Virus record (IMG/VR): IMGVR_UViG_3300045999_010308
Coordinates: 1 to 64,000 of that record
Length of the DNA: 64,000 bases
Reading direction: 5' to 3' (one strand)
DNA from: an uncultured virus (IMG/VR IMGVR_UViG_3300045999_010308)
Lineage: Duplodnaviria; Heunggongvirae; Uroviricota; Caudoviricetes
The notes beneath the pieces are model-generated. The model had not been told where the DNA came from and did not search any database. It was given only the letters and a program-made list of their open reading frames with translations. Made by a program: the position numbers and the translations under genes. Within the stretch, counting starts at the first letter, position 1. The number at the start of each line of letters is the position of its first letter. This document shows, in pieces, positions 9,946 to 19,524 of the stretch.

Positions 9946-10640
9946 AATCTTGTTGGGCGATACTTTTTAAATACCATTAGCAAATCATCAGGAATTGTAC
10001 CAAGTTGACCAGTTCCATAATTGATTTTTACCTCTTCAAAAGGTAACTCAACTGACGAAACACCCTTAAAAGAACCCGTATTACATACCCAATCTAAAAT
10101 ACGACCAAAAGCCGCTTTTATTTCCCTTGTTTGTCGGGTATCTTGGGTAAAATCAATGCCACTGGAATACTCTACATCAGCCTCAGAAAACTCAGGATAT
10201 GGTTCCCGACTGTAGCCATGATAGCCGCCATATCCCCACGATCTACCAATTGCTGTAGATAAGTGAATTTGACCATCTATATCGATTATGTAGTCGTTAG
10301 AACCTAAAACTTGCCAACTATCAGGAGCGATAGCCCGATTAAATCCATCGGTAATATTGCCTAGTCTAGCTTTAATTATCGGAGCAGGATTGCTGATAAG
10401 TGGAGTATTTATACTGACATAAGTTAATCTAAAATTTTGGAATTTTAGATTAACTCTTAGTCTTTCCCGGTGACGGGTAATTTCTAAAGGTCGATCTGCT
10501 CCTCTATCGCCTTCAATGATTGATTGAACAAAGTAAATCGCACCAGTGACGGCATCTTCTGATAAAGATACCGATGGTGCGAAAATAGAGAGGTCATCAA
10601 TGGTAAACATCATTAGGAAATTTTGCTCAACAAAGGACAA
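9942..10640 (-). CDS. head-tail connector-like protein
   Basis: position after capsid; V.Y.SG and IP.D....KKYR ending typical of gp6/gp15-like adaptors. Confidence 0.55.
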   Translation of the reverse strand: MSFVEQNFLMMFTIDDLSIFAPSVSLSEDAVTGAIYFVQSIIEGDRGADRPLEITRHRERLRVNLKFQNFRLTYVSINTPLISNPAPIIKARLGNITDGFNRAIAPDSWQVLGSNDYIIDIDGQIHLSTAIGRSWGYGGYHGYSREPYPEFSEADVEYSSGIDFTQDTRQTREIKAAFGRILDWVCNTGSFKGVSSVELPFEEVKINYGTGQLGTIPDDLLMVFKKYRPTRL

Positions 10641-10837
10641 CTTGTGTCATGAACCGGGCAAAATGGACGATGATCGAGATCAGTTCTGAGTTGACCCTTA
10701 CACCGGTTGCAGACTGGATAACCCAATGCCTTCAGATTGTTATAAGTGACCTCATTGGTTCCATTTGTCAGGAGAAGGTTTTTAGTTCCACTTGTTGCGA
10801 TAGATGGAGTTTCTTCGGGGGTTTCTTTGCTTGCCAT
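10613..10837 (-). CDS. small Zn-finger-like hypothetical protein
   Basis: CNRC...CP.....C; directly downstream of capsid gene. Confidence 0.45.
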   Translation of the reverse strand: MASKETPEETPSIATSGTKNLLLTNGTNEVTYNNLKALGYPVCNRCKGQLRTDLDHRPFCPVHDTSCPLLSKIS

Positions 10838-10857
10838 AATTGTTAGAAAGATAAGGT

Positions 10858-12732
10858 TTATACAGCTACATCTAGGGTGCGTAATTCGGCTACTCGTAAT
10901 TGTTGAGAAGCTTCCCCAGTACCTACGGGATCAACGTCAAGAGTTTTGTAGCCGAGCCACGCTAACCAAGTTGCGCGAATCCGACGATCAAATTGAGTGA
11001 CATTATCAAAAGTGATTTGAAACGGCATCCCTACACCAACACCTAACGCACCGGCTCCAATTAAATAACCAGTACGGGTAGTTTTAGCACCTAAAGAACC
11101 ACCCAATGTTTCACTTTGAACACCGGGTTGACCGGCCGCTCCGACACCGACACTATTGCCAGTTTCAAAAATATGGAATTTTTCTACCAACCCTAAATAC
11201 GAGCTAACCCTTCCAGTATCCCCGGGGGGAATATAAGACGGATTGAGAATATTTAGTAAAGCGTCAAGATCACGGGTCGTATTTGCTTGCCAATCGTCAT
11301 CATAACTCTCTTTTAATTGCAGAATTTGAGTCGAATTTAGGAATAGCAAATACGTCTGGTCAGGGTACATCTGGAACCTGTTATCGTGGGCGTATTGATA
11401 TAATCGCCGCAAGAATCCTTTGGTAAAAGTTCCATCATCTCCTGTTGCTGATAATCCAGTGGGGGAAGTAACGAGACTGCCTTTTTTGTTATACAAATGT
11501 AGTGACGTGCTATCAAGCATCGTTTTGATCATGGTATTATCAAAACTTGCATAGTCGTAATACAGCGTATTCTGCATCCAATCAATCATTCCCATCGCAC
11601 TAAAATATTCAGTGAAAGTTGGGATAGAAACAGGTCGGATTGCAGTAGAAGCACCTACTTTACCGCGCCCATACTCAAAGATTTCTGCCGATACGCTAGA
11701 CGCACTATTATTATCTGATTCAGAAGTCAGATCAGCATACTCACCCTTTCCTGATAGTTGATAATCGCTTACCGACGGGGAACTTGTTAGGTAATTTAAT
11801 CGAGGAATTCGGATAACAGTTCCATTACGAGCCGTAAAGTCTAAGGCATAATTAGGAATCTGCCAAAAGGCAAACCCAGGGATTTGAGTTTGACGGAGAA
11901 TTGCTGACAAAGTGTCAAGAAAAAACGGGGGAAGATCAGCCGCAGTCGTTGGGGCATTTTTTGAAACTTGACCGCCCATTACAGGAGCCGAACGAGTCCC
12001 TCTGAACCAGCCTTGTTTGCGACCCCAATCATCTAAAGAGTTGACAATCTGTTGCCGGTTATTTTTAACATGGCGATCTAATCGTACTTTATCGTACAGG
12101 TTTACTGTCTGATTACCGCCCATTACAGGAGCCGAATAGATTACACCAGAATTTTTCTGAATGTCTTCAATCAAATCAAAGGTTTCGTCAAGCGCACCAG
12201 TGATTTTATCGGCATCATGGGCGACGGTTTTATTGAAGTTAGGCAACTGCATTTTTTCTGGTGTTTGGCTACCGTAAAGCTTTCCTAAGTCAGCAAAATT
12301 ATTAATCGTTTTTTCCGATTCAGTGACTTTAGTTTCTAGTTGAGCGATTTTTTCATTAGATTTTTGGATAGCTTCCGTGGCAGAATTGAGAGAAGCTTCT
12401 AGGGTAGCTTTTGTAGTTTCAAACTGTTGCTTTTGGAATTCTAGTGCCGATTGTTTTTCCAATTCCATCGCTTGCTTTACTGAAGCTACGGTTTCTGCTA
12501 CGGTGTTTTTGACAATCTCTTGAATCGCTTTGGGGTCAAAGACTGGGACGGGAGTGGGATCAGGGTCAGAATTTTTGACTGGTACACCACCCTCAGAAGA
12601 CTTTAAATCACCTCGAAAAGTGGCTTTTTGAGTCAGGGCGTAGATTTCTTCTTGAGAAGGAGCATCACTTCCTTCTACTGAATCTTTAATAACTACGGGA
12701 GTAACCCGTTTGATTTCTTTTAGGGTATTCAT
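10858..12732 (-). CDS. major capsid protein with N-terminal coiled-coil scaffold region
   Basis: position after protease; coiled-coil N-terminus; G.VIRIPR, GAGALGVGV...FDRRIRATWL capsid-like C-terminal half. Confidence 0.7.
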   Translation of the reverse strand: MNTLKEIKRVTPVVIKDSVEGSDAPSQEEIYALTQKATFRGDLKSSEGGVPVKNSDPDPTPVPVFDPKAIQEIVKNTVAETVASVKQAMELEKQSALEFQKQQFETTKATLEASLNSATEAIQKSNEKIAQLETKVTESEKTINNFADLGKLYGSQTPEKMQLPNFNKTVAHDADKITGALDETFDLIEDIQKNSGVIYSAPVMGGNQTVNLYDKVRLDRHVKNNRQQIVNSLDDWGRKQGWFRGTRSAPVMGGQVSKNAPTTAADLPPFFLDTLSAILRQTQIPGFAFWQIPNYALDFTARNGTVIRIPRLNYLTSSPSVSDYQLSGKGEYADLTSESDNNSASSVSAEIFEYGRGKVGASTAIRPVSIPTFTEYFSAMGMIDWMQNTLYYDYASFDNTMIKTMLDSTSLHLYNKKGSLVTSPTGLSATGDDGTFTKGFLRRLYQYAHDNRFQMYPDQTYLLFLNSTQILQLKESYDDDWQANTTRDLDALLNILNPSYIPPGDTGRVSSYLGLVEKFHIFETGNSVGVGAAGQPGVQSETLGGSLGAKTTRTGYLIGAGALGVGVGMPFQITFDNVTQFDRRIRATWLAWLGYKTLDVDPVGTGEASQQLRVAELRTLDVAV

Positions 12733-12787
12733 TACTGATTACTGATCACTAACTATTAGATATAATTGTACTACAGAACTTTCTGTT

Positions 12788-13507
12788 TTAGCTAAAAACA
12801 AAAGTATTAAGACGGGAATCTATTAATCTTGCCTGACGACAATTGCCACTGGTAACAAAACTGCATTCGATAGAATCCATTTTTCCGGAGCGGCGATAGT
12901 AAGGGGTTAGTATTTCTTCATCTACTAATCCCGCCATATACGGGGGGTAGTGGGGACACTTAGGATCACTGTAAGGAATATCGCAGATAGGACAAATCGA
13001 CTCGCCATAAAAGATTCCCCCCATTGAAACATCGGCTTTTCTGCCATAGGAAATTTCAGAAATAATCGGGTGAGTCGCTTCTACAAAACCGAAAACCAAG
13101 ACCTGATGATAGCCATCTTTTTGGATTATTCGGTAATCTTCGTTTGGATTAGGAGATTTTTCGAGGATTCGTGCTATCCCTTCCTTGCTTACACGAGGCA
13201 AGGAATAAATAAAAGAATCATAGATCATCCCAAAAGTTTTGGACTGATCTTCCCATTCATGATCGATCATTAAAGCGCATCCAGGATAACTAGCTACCAT
13301 GGTTTCTAAAACATTTTTATCCCATACCTGGCCAGAACTGTGAATTAAGTTATTTGAGGCAATTAAAGCAAATCGCATCAGTTCCGATGATTCCCACGGA
13401 TCGAGTCCGTAGGGCTTAAATTGATTGATTAACGACATCTCCTCGTCGGTAGGATGACGGGTCTGTAGCAATATCTCTAATTCAGCGCGGGTTAGTTTTA
13501 GTTCCAT
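12788..13507 (-). CDS. putative prohead protease
   Basis: LMIDHEW, DVSMG, C.IC, ECSFV pattern; directly upstream of capsid gene. Confidence 0.6.
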   Translation of the reverse strand: MELKLTRAELEILLQTRHPTDEEMSLINQFKPYGLDPWESSELMRFALIASNNLIHSSGQVWDKNVLETMVASYPGCALMIDHEWEDQSKTFGMIYDSFIYSLPRVSKEGIARILEKSPNPNEDYRIIQKDGYHQVLVFGFVEATHPIISEISYGRKADVSMGGIFYGESICPICDIPYSDPKCPHYPPYMAGLVDEEILTPYYRRSGKMDSIECSFVTSGNCRQARLIDSRLNTFVFS

Positions 13508-13690
13508 GTCAATAAAAAATACTTATATAAATAATTCTATCCAAAGACTTGACGTTTGTGGTTGGTTGATCTATATTAATAGTGTCGTCTCCAGCCCAAC
13601 CCTATAAATACAAAATTTCAATACAAAATATTTGTCTCCATAGAAAGTGTATAGCTGAGGAAACAACGCAGGATTGATACCCTGCGTTTT

Positions 13691-14335
13691 TTATTTCGTC
13701 CAGCCAAAGTTTAACGAGAGCATATTCTCGGTAGGTCGTGTCCTAGAGTTAGAAAAAACAAAATAACAACCGCAATTGGCCCGACAAGTACATCTTTCAG
13801 TCGGTCGGGGAAGTGTTCCAATAGGCTGCCAGCCGGCACTTTCATAAAAAAGACACTCTTGGCAAGATTCTCTTTTGGTAATTATTCTCTTTTCCCACTT
13901 GTTGACTAGAGCGTGTCCTCTCCTATTCCCCTCTTCAAAAGCTTCTCTAGACTTGGCAACGTACTGTTTAGAGCGGTTGATTATTTGAGCCTCTGATTGA
14001 GTACCAAGAATAATATCACGGGAAAACTTTCTTAATCGTGCGTATTGTGTTCTAAGCATCTGACCAATTCTGCCATAGTCAGAAGCGTTCATATCAGGCT
14101 TGCCAACTCGATAAAGCTGAATAGTTAGGTTTTTAATCTCGAAAGACATTTTCTCTTCCCACTCACTAACAGTTATTTTTTTTTCTAAAAGGTCACGGGT
14201 AAGTTTATCTGTTTTTTGAGTACGGGCATTAATAGTTTGTTGAGAGATTTGTCTAACTTTTTCAGTAGAGACAAATCTCCCCGTTCGATTGTCTCGATAG
14301 CGTCGAGTTGCGGGGTTGAAAGAAAAATCACTCAT
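13691..14335 (-). CDS. head morphogenesis/minor capsid protein (SPP1 gp7/Mu F-like)
   Basis: C-terminal ESCQEC...PTERCTCRANCGC. Confidence 0.65.
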   Translation of the reverse strand: MSDFSFNPATRRYRDNRTGRFVSTEKVRQISQQTINARTQKTDKLTRDLLEKKITVSEWEEKMSFEIKNLTIQLYRVGKPDMNASDYGRIGQMLRTQYARLRKFSRDIILGTQSEAQIINRSKQYVAKSREAFEEGNRRGHALVNKWEKRIITKRESCQECLFYESAGWQPIGTLPRPTERCTCRANCGCYFVFSNSRTRPTENMLSLNFGWTK

Positions 14336-14498
14336 AACTTATTTCAGGTTCTAATAGGTTTTTAAATTCATCATCCGGAGGTTTCTTTTTCCAGTCATCG
14401 ATAGCTTTTTGAATGTCATTGGCTGTTACTTCCGCTCTCTCTAGTAACTGACCAATTGGCTGTAAGTTTTTATCTTCTGGGTTAAATTTATCTGCCAT
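14328..14498 (-). CDS. 56-aa hypothetical protein, missed by ORF track
   Basis: MADKFNPEDKNLQPIGQLL...; N-terminus duplicates that of 14503..14703 (MTDKFNPKDK). Confidence 0.55.
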   Translation of the reverse strand: MADKFNPEDKNLQPIGQLLERAEVTANDIQKAIDDWKKKPPDDEFKNLLEPEISYE

Positions 14499-14502
14499 GA
14501 CC

Positions 14503-14703
14503 TTATTCTACTTTCGATGGTTTTATCGGGCTTTTCAATGCTTTAACAAATTTAGAGCGTCCAATGTTTTTATGAATCGGGTCTTGTAAAGCAGAAATTA
14601 ATATTTCTGGCGGCAGTGGTTTTCGCATTTCCCATTCTTCTTTACTCATCTTTTTAGTAAGTTTACTTGACTTTTTATCTTTTGGGTTAAATTTATCTGT
14701 CAT
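14503..14703 (-). CDS. hypothetical protein
   Basis: ORF with GGAG RBS. Confidence 0.5.
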   Translation of the reverse strand: MTDKFNPKDKKSSKLTKKMSKEEWEMRKPLPPEILISALQDPIHKNIGRSKFVKALKSPIKPSKVE

Positions 14704-14704
14704 A

Positions 14705-14929
14705 TTATTTATCTCCTAATCCGTCATAAACTAATTCTTGGATTTTTTCTGATTTATTGAGTTTAGCTTTTAGGTTACGGTTTTCAATTTCTAACATTTT
14801 TATCTTTAATTTTAATGTTTCATAATCAAACATCAGGTTATCGTATGAGTCGGTTAATTCGGCGTATTCAGCTCTCAAGTCTTCGATACTCAAATCTTCG
14901 ATAATAGCGTCAAAGTTATTGTTATTCAT
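14705..14929 (-). CDS. coiled-coil hypothetical protein
   Basis: heptad pattern. Confidence 0.5.
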   Translation of the reverse strand: MNNNNFDAIIEDLSIEDLRAEYAELTDSYDNLMFDYETLKLKIKMLEIENRNLKAKLNKSEKIQELVYDGLGDK

Positions 14930-15203
14930 GAATTTTCTCTTTAAATTAAATAATAACTCTTGACCGTCAAGAGTTATTTCTTGTCAGTTCCCTAATCTAC
15001 TGTACGCTTTTCTTTCTGCTTTATTAAGTTCGCTAATCAAAGACTTACCCCGAGTTGTTAAGTCACGCACCTCATCTTCTAAAACCTCACTTTTAGCGTC
15101 TTTAGCATCTAGTTCGGTTAGAATACTATTATTAGAATCGGAAACAACATAAGCTTTTAGATTTGTCATAATTATCTCTTGATTTTACTGTATTTTATCA
15201 AAT

Positions 15204-16574
15204 TTAAAACAGTTTTAACTGTAATGGAGAATTATCTACTGGTTCTTCTATCGGTTCATCTGGAATAGGTTCTATAGGTTGGTCTAGTCTGTTACAAGCT
15301 ATCTGATAATATTCTAATTCTTTCTCGATACAGATATAATTTCTACCTAATTCTTTGCAAGCTAAAGCAGTAGTGCCAGAACCACAAAAAGGGTCTAAGA
15401 CTGTCCCACCCGGAGGTAATCCTAGAGTTAAGAGATATTTCATTAATGCTAGTGGTTTTACCGTAGGATGAGTATTACCTTCACCGCGTTCGGATTTACT
15501 AGCTTTAGCGCAATAGAAAAATCGGGCGGCAGAGCCTGAGTCACCGTATGTTTCAGCGATATGGTCTGTCTTGCTTCCGAAGAGAGGCTTGCTGGTTCGT
15601 ATCTGTCCCTCTTTCATCTTTCCGCTTTTTGTCTCAGGAAACAACCCCACCACCTCCTCGCTGCCGTCGTGGATGAAGTTGGCGGGCCATCTTCCGATGT
15701 TGGGAGAAGCGTCACTGTGGCGAAGAAGTGGTGTTGTGTTGCCTAGCTTGTCGAAATGAGAGCCAAGCCCATTCCCACCGCTTCCGCTAGTCTCCACCCT
15801 GCACCTATCGATATTAATCCCCCCAGTTCCCCACTGTAGGACATTCTCCGCGACCGTGCCAGTGAGAGGTTTACGAGCCACAATGATTGGTTCAAAGGCT
15901 GGTTTTAGAGCAGTTCCCCAGCCTTGCCACTGCTGGGCTTCGGGGGTGGCGGGATTGCATGAATCCATCACGGATGCACTATCGCCGATCTTGCTCCAAC
16001 CGTCATCGTTCAGGTTTGCGTTTTTATGAAGTCCTCCGGTAGCTGGCACTTTGTCCCTCTCCGCTCCGCGTACTTTTCCTGTACCATTACACGCAGGACA
16101 TTCAACTATAGATAATTCTAGCAATCGTTCCCACTCTTTGCGTGTCCCACCATAGGCTTGAGTTTTTTTAATCCACTCTTCCCATGACTCAAGTTTAGTG
16201 TTTTTTCCTGTACCATTACACGCAGGACATTCAACTACTGCAATTTTATCAATCGCCTTGCTCACGTCCAACGACTTCGGGAACCCCGACCCATAGACCC
16301 ACATAATTGTATCTCTGATTTCCCAACCAGCGTCCTCGATCGCTACTGCCAATCGGTGAAAAGTACGAGTCCCACCAAAAGCAAATAGGTGCGCTCCTGG
16401 GTTAGCAACTCGTAAAGCTTCAATCCAAAACTGTACACCGGGTACACCATGATCCCAATTTTTTCCCATGAACGAAAGTCCATAAGGAGGATCAGTAAGG
16501 ATTAAATCAATAGAACCATCAGAAATAGTTTTCAAAACCTCAAAACAATCACCATGAATAATTTGATTAATCAT
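15204..16574 (-). CDS. N4-C/N6-A DNA methyltransferase (beta class)
   Basis: TDPPY motif IV, HPTVKP, VLDPFCGSGTT motif I; inserted duplicated CPACNGTG; C-terminal QLKLF. Confidence 0.92.
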   Translation of the reverse strand: MINQIIHGDCFEVLKTISDGSIDLILTDPPYGLSFMGKNWDHGVPGVQFWIEALRVANPGAHLFAFGGTRTFHRLAVAIEDAGWEIRDTIMWVYGSGFPKSLDVSKAIDKIAVVECPACNGTGKNTKLESWEEWIKKTQAYGGTRKEWERLLELSIVECPACNGTGKVRGAERDKVPATGGLHKNANLNDDGWSKIGDSASVMDSCNPATPEAQQWQGWGTALKPAFEPIIVARKPLTGTVAENVLQWGTGGINIDRCRVETSGSGGNGLGSHFDKLGNTTPLLRHSDASPNIGRWPANFIHDGSEEVVGLFPETKSGKMKEGQIRTSKPLFGSKTDHIAETYGDSGSAARFFYCAKASKSERGEGNTHPTVKPLALMKYLLTLGLPPGGTVLDPFCGSGTTALACKELGRNYICIEKELEYYQIACNRLDQPIEPIPDEPIEEPVDNSPLQLKLF

Positions 16575-17850
16575 TTTGATTTATATTTAGTTTCTTAACA
16601 GGTTGTTTATTAGTTTCTTCATCGGTTAAATCAGAGTCAGTGTCTTCAACCTCCCCTCCTGATAGACCATCTATAGATTCACTCCATTCTGGCCACAGTA
16701 TCCGATATTTATTTTTAGCATTTTCGGCATAAAAATCTAACCCTTTTCTGAGAATGATTTCTGTATCAATTACCTGTTTGATAGCACCGCTAAGAAGCTG
16801 ACACCATCCGTATCTCATCCTAGAATAGCGACGATCAGGCGACCGGGATAACTCTTTAGTTCCCCCTTTTGATTCTAATCCTGGGAAGAAATAGGTCGGG
16901 AATCCAGGGATAATTAGCTTGTACCGGCATTGTAAAAGAGTATCAATTAACCCTGTTAAATCAGAGTTAAAATTAGTCATTTTGCGAATATCTTGTCCAG
17001 GATAGCTGAGAATATGGTCGGTTATTATTCCGCTTTTTCTACGGATTTCTAATTCTCGCTCATAAATTCTTTCTTGCTCGGTAGAAATACCTGGCATAAT
17101 ATGAAGCGTCGGGGAAACTCCTAAGTCATTGGATGCCCTAATCAAATTATCGAAAGCTTGTTTAACATCAGCCCAAGCATCTAAAGAAGCTAACCAAAGA
17201 GAGCGACCATAAAGAAAATCAGGTTCATGGCGAATATGGCAGATTTTATAGGGTTCAAAAAAATAATCAGGGTCAGACTCCGAAACGTATTTCCTTTGCT
17301 CAAACCCAATTAATTCCCCTTGATCTGTTTCTTTCCTAAACATCTCAAAGGTAGGCAAATAAAGAGCCTTTGCTACACCAAAATCCTTAGACTTGTTAGC
17401 AGATAAACCCTCTCGTTCAATACCTAACTCTAGAAAGCATTCTCCCTTCCCTAATGCCCATCTTAAGGCTTTCTTGAGTCTATCCCCACCAATCACATAG
17501 GTTGAAAAATTCTGCTTTCTCAACCTAATATCTTCTGCAATGGCAAACACTTCTGGGTTAATAGGAGTTTCTTCATCATCAAGGGTTTTGGCTACTACCC
17601 ATCCCTGATCATCTCCATCGTCAGATGCAAAGGTATCAGAAGCGGCCATGTCAAGGGCATGGATAACCTCATAGCACCATTGATTAAGTTCAATTAATTC
17701 TCTTGATATTCTTGGATCACGGATAGGATTTTCCGTAATCTCCAAATCGTACCGACGTGATACCGACACGATCCCCGGTGAAGTAAGGGATCGCTGAGAG
17801 CCTCTTAATTTGTCATCCTTTTTCTTCTTTTTTGCCATTAGAACTGCCAT
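16567..17850 (-). CDS. phage portal protein
   Basis: size; ALGKGECFLE, ICHIRH...LYGRS motifs; upstream of head genes. Confidence 0.7.
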   Translation of the reverse strand: MAVLMAKKKKKDDKLRGSQRSLTSPGIVSVSRRYDLEITENPIRDPRISRELIELNQWCYEVIHALDMAASDTFASDDGDDQGWVVAKTLDDEETPINPEVFAIAEDIRLRKQNFSTYVIGGDRLKKALRWALGKGECFLELGIEREGLSANKSKDFGVAKALYLPTFEMFRKETDQGELIGFEQRKYVSESDPDYFFEPYKICHIRHEPDFLYGRSLWLASLDAWADVKQAFDNLIRASNDLGVSPTLHIMPGISTEQERIYERELEIRRKSGIITDHILSYPGQDIRKMTNFNSDLTGLIDTLLQCRYKLIIPGFPTYFFPGLESKGGTKELSRSPDRRYSRMRYGWCQLLSGAIKQVIDTEIILRKGLDFYAENAKNKYRILWPEWSESIDGLSGGEVEDTDSDLTDEETNKQPVKKLNINQND

Positions 17851-17928
17851 GTACTATTTCTATGATATAAGAAAACAGACCATTTTGTTGATGGTCTGTC
17901 TTAAATCACCCAAGGAGAAATCTAAATA

Positions 17929-18195
17929 TTAAAAATATCTATCAAATGTCCCATCGCTCCGCAAAACTTTTCTTTCGTCAATGTCATCATCGGAAAAAAA
18001 TAAATCAGTAGTTAACGCTTTCATTAAAGCCTTAGCCGCAACATTAGATATTACAATTCCCACTTGTGAAGTCGCATCGACTATGTAATTATCTTCAATA
18101 GAGCAATAGGTAATTGTAATAATCTCGTAACAGTTAATAAATGCCGGATAACCTTCTACTGTCTCTAGTATTAACGGACGGTATTGTTTTCTCAT
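17929..18195 (-). CDS. hypothetical protein
   Basis: ORF with GAGG RBS and promoter TTGACA-17-TAATAT at 18218-18246. Confidence 0.55.
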   Translation of the reverse strand: MRKQYRPLILETVEGYPAFINCYEIITITYCSIEDNYIVDATSQVGIVISNVAAKALMKALTTDLFFSDDDIDERKVLRSDGTFDRYF

Positions 18196-18250
18196 GACAA
18201 CCTCTAATTTTAACTAAATATTACAGGTTACTTTTTGAATTGTCAATATC

Positions 18251-19009
18251 TTAGATAAATCTTAAAGCCCTCTCATAATACCGTTTTCTTTCAGCTAGAC
18301 CATTTGTACCACCGTTGACACGACGGGTAATTTGTTCAACGGTTGCCCCACGGTCACACAGTTCGTTCATTTTGTTATTTTGCCACCAAAACCCAGAAGG
18401 TAAAAATAAATATTTTTCGCTAACATATCGCCACCCTTCCATAACACGCTGATCGCCTATATAGTTAGCAAATGCCTGATAATGGGTTCTGCCAGTCATT
18501 TGAATAGCATCTACACCTCTGAACTTTTTGCCGTCACCAGGTCTGGTATTCCCTAAGTCTTTTCGTCCTTCATAATTTGAGCCGTCGTGGATTTCTACCA
18601 TAAACCTTAAGCCAGCTGATTCATGGGCTATTTGGCTTAAAAAATGTCGAACTCTTTGTACTGTGGTAATGTCAAATCTCTTAAGGCACTCATCTAATTT
18701 TTGAAACTGAAAATCAGTAATTTTATCGTTAAGCCTATTAAACACACCCTCAACTTGATCCTTGCGGACTACCGAGGGATTAGGGTCGTCAAAGTGACTA
18801 GCAAAAGCGTACCAATTAAATTTACCCTCAATCGGAGGCTTTACTTCTAGTAAATAGTGATTTTTTTCTTTTTTGAGAATCTGATTATAAATTACTCTTT
18901 GTCCAGCTTTGATTGGGATTGTTCTAAAGTCTTGGGGAAGACTTTCAGAACTAGAGTCAATTAGGTGCGATTTTAATATAGTGTTGCGATTTGCCGTTAG
19001 GGATTTCAT
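18251..19009 (-). CDS. glycoside hydrolase family 19 endolysin
   Basis: FLSQIAHES, YEGRKDLGN..GDG, IQMTGR, TRRVNGG.NGL.ER. Confidence 0.9.
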   Translation of the reverse strand: MKSLTANRNTILKSHLIDSSSESLPQDFRTIPIKAGQRVIYNQILKKEKNHYLLEVKPPIEGKFNWYAFASHFDDPNPSVVRKDQVEGVFNRLNDKITDFQFQKLDECLKRFDITTVQRVRHFLSQIAHESAGLRFMVEIHDGSNYEGRKDLGNTRPGDGKKFRGVDAIQMTGRTHYQAFANYIGDQRVMEGWRYVSEKYLFLPSGFWWQNNKMNELCDRGATVEQITRRVNGGTNGLAERKRYYERALRFI

Positions 19010-19040
19010 GGTAATTTAGTTAATAAAGTTGACAATTCTG

Positions 19041-19445
19041 TTAAGATTTATGTTCAAGTATTCCGATTCGTATATCAAATTCTTCCTGTTTTTTGCGAAT
19101 TGCTTCTATTTGATTAGAAATAGAAGAGAAAGTTTCTTGTTTCGCTTTAATAAGGCTTATCTCTTTGTCAAGTTGCGCTGTTAATATAGTCAGTTTTTCT
19201 ATCCCTGTTGATAGTCTTTCGACCATTTTCTCTAGCTTTTGCTCAAGAGATTCCATCTTCTTTGATGTTTTCTCAAAAGTTTCGTGATCAAGTTCTTTGG
19301 CCTGTGATTTGGTATTTCTTGAAAACATACTAAGTAATGCTATTGCGATAGCCACAACAGTGCCAATGTCATTAAGACTTATTTTTAGACCATGATTTTC
19401 GACATAGGGGGGATGGCTTTGGCTGGCAACAGAAATATAATACAT
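19041..19445 (-). CDS. single-TM coiled-coil protein (possible lysis accessory/holin-like)
   Basis: TM helix then coiled coil; immediately upstream of endolysin. Confidence 0.4.
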   Translation of the reverse strand: MYYISVASQSHPPYVENHGLKISLNDIGTVVAIAIALLSMFSRNTKSQAKELDHETFEKTSKKMESLEQKLEKMVERLSTGIEKLTILTAQLDKEISLIKAKQETFSSISNQIEAIRKKQEEFDIRIGILEHKS

Positions 19446-19524
19446 GGCAGAAGGGGAACATTAATAAAACTATTCTACAGTTTTTACTGTTATTTATGAA
19501 TTCAAATTAATTCTTTAGAAAAAC

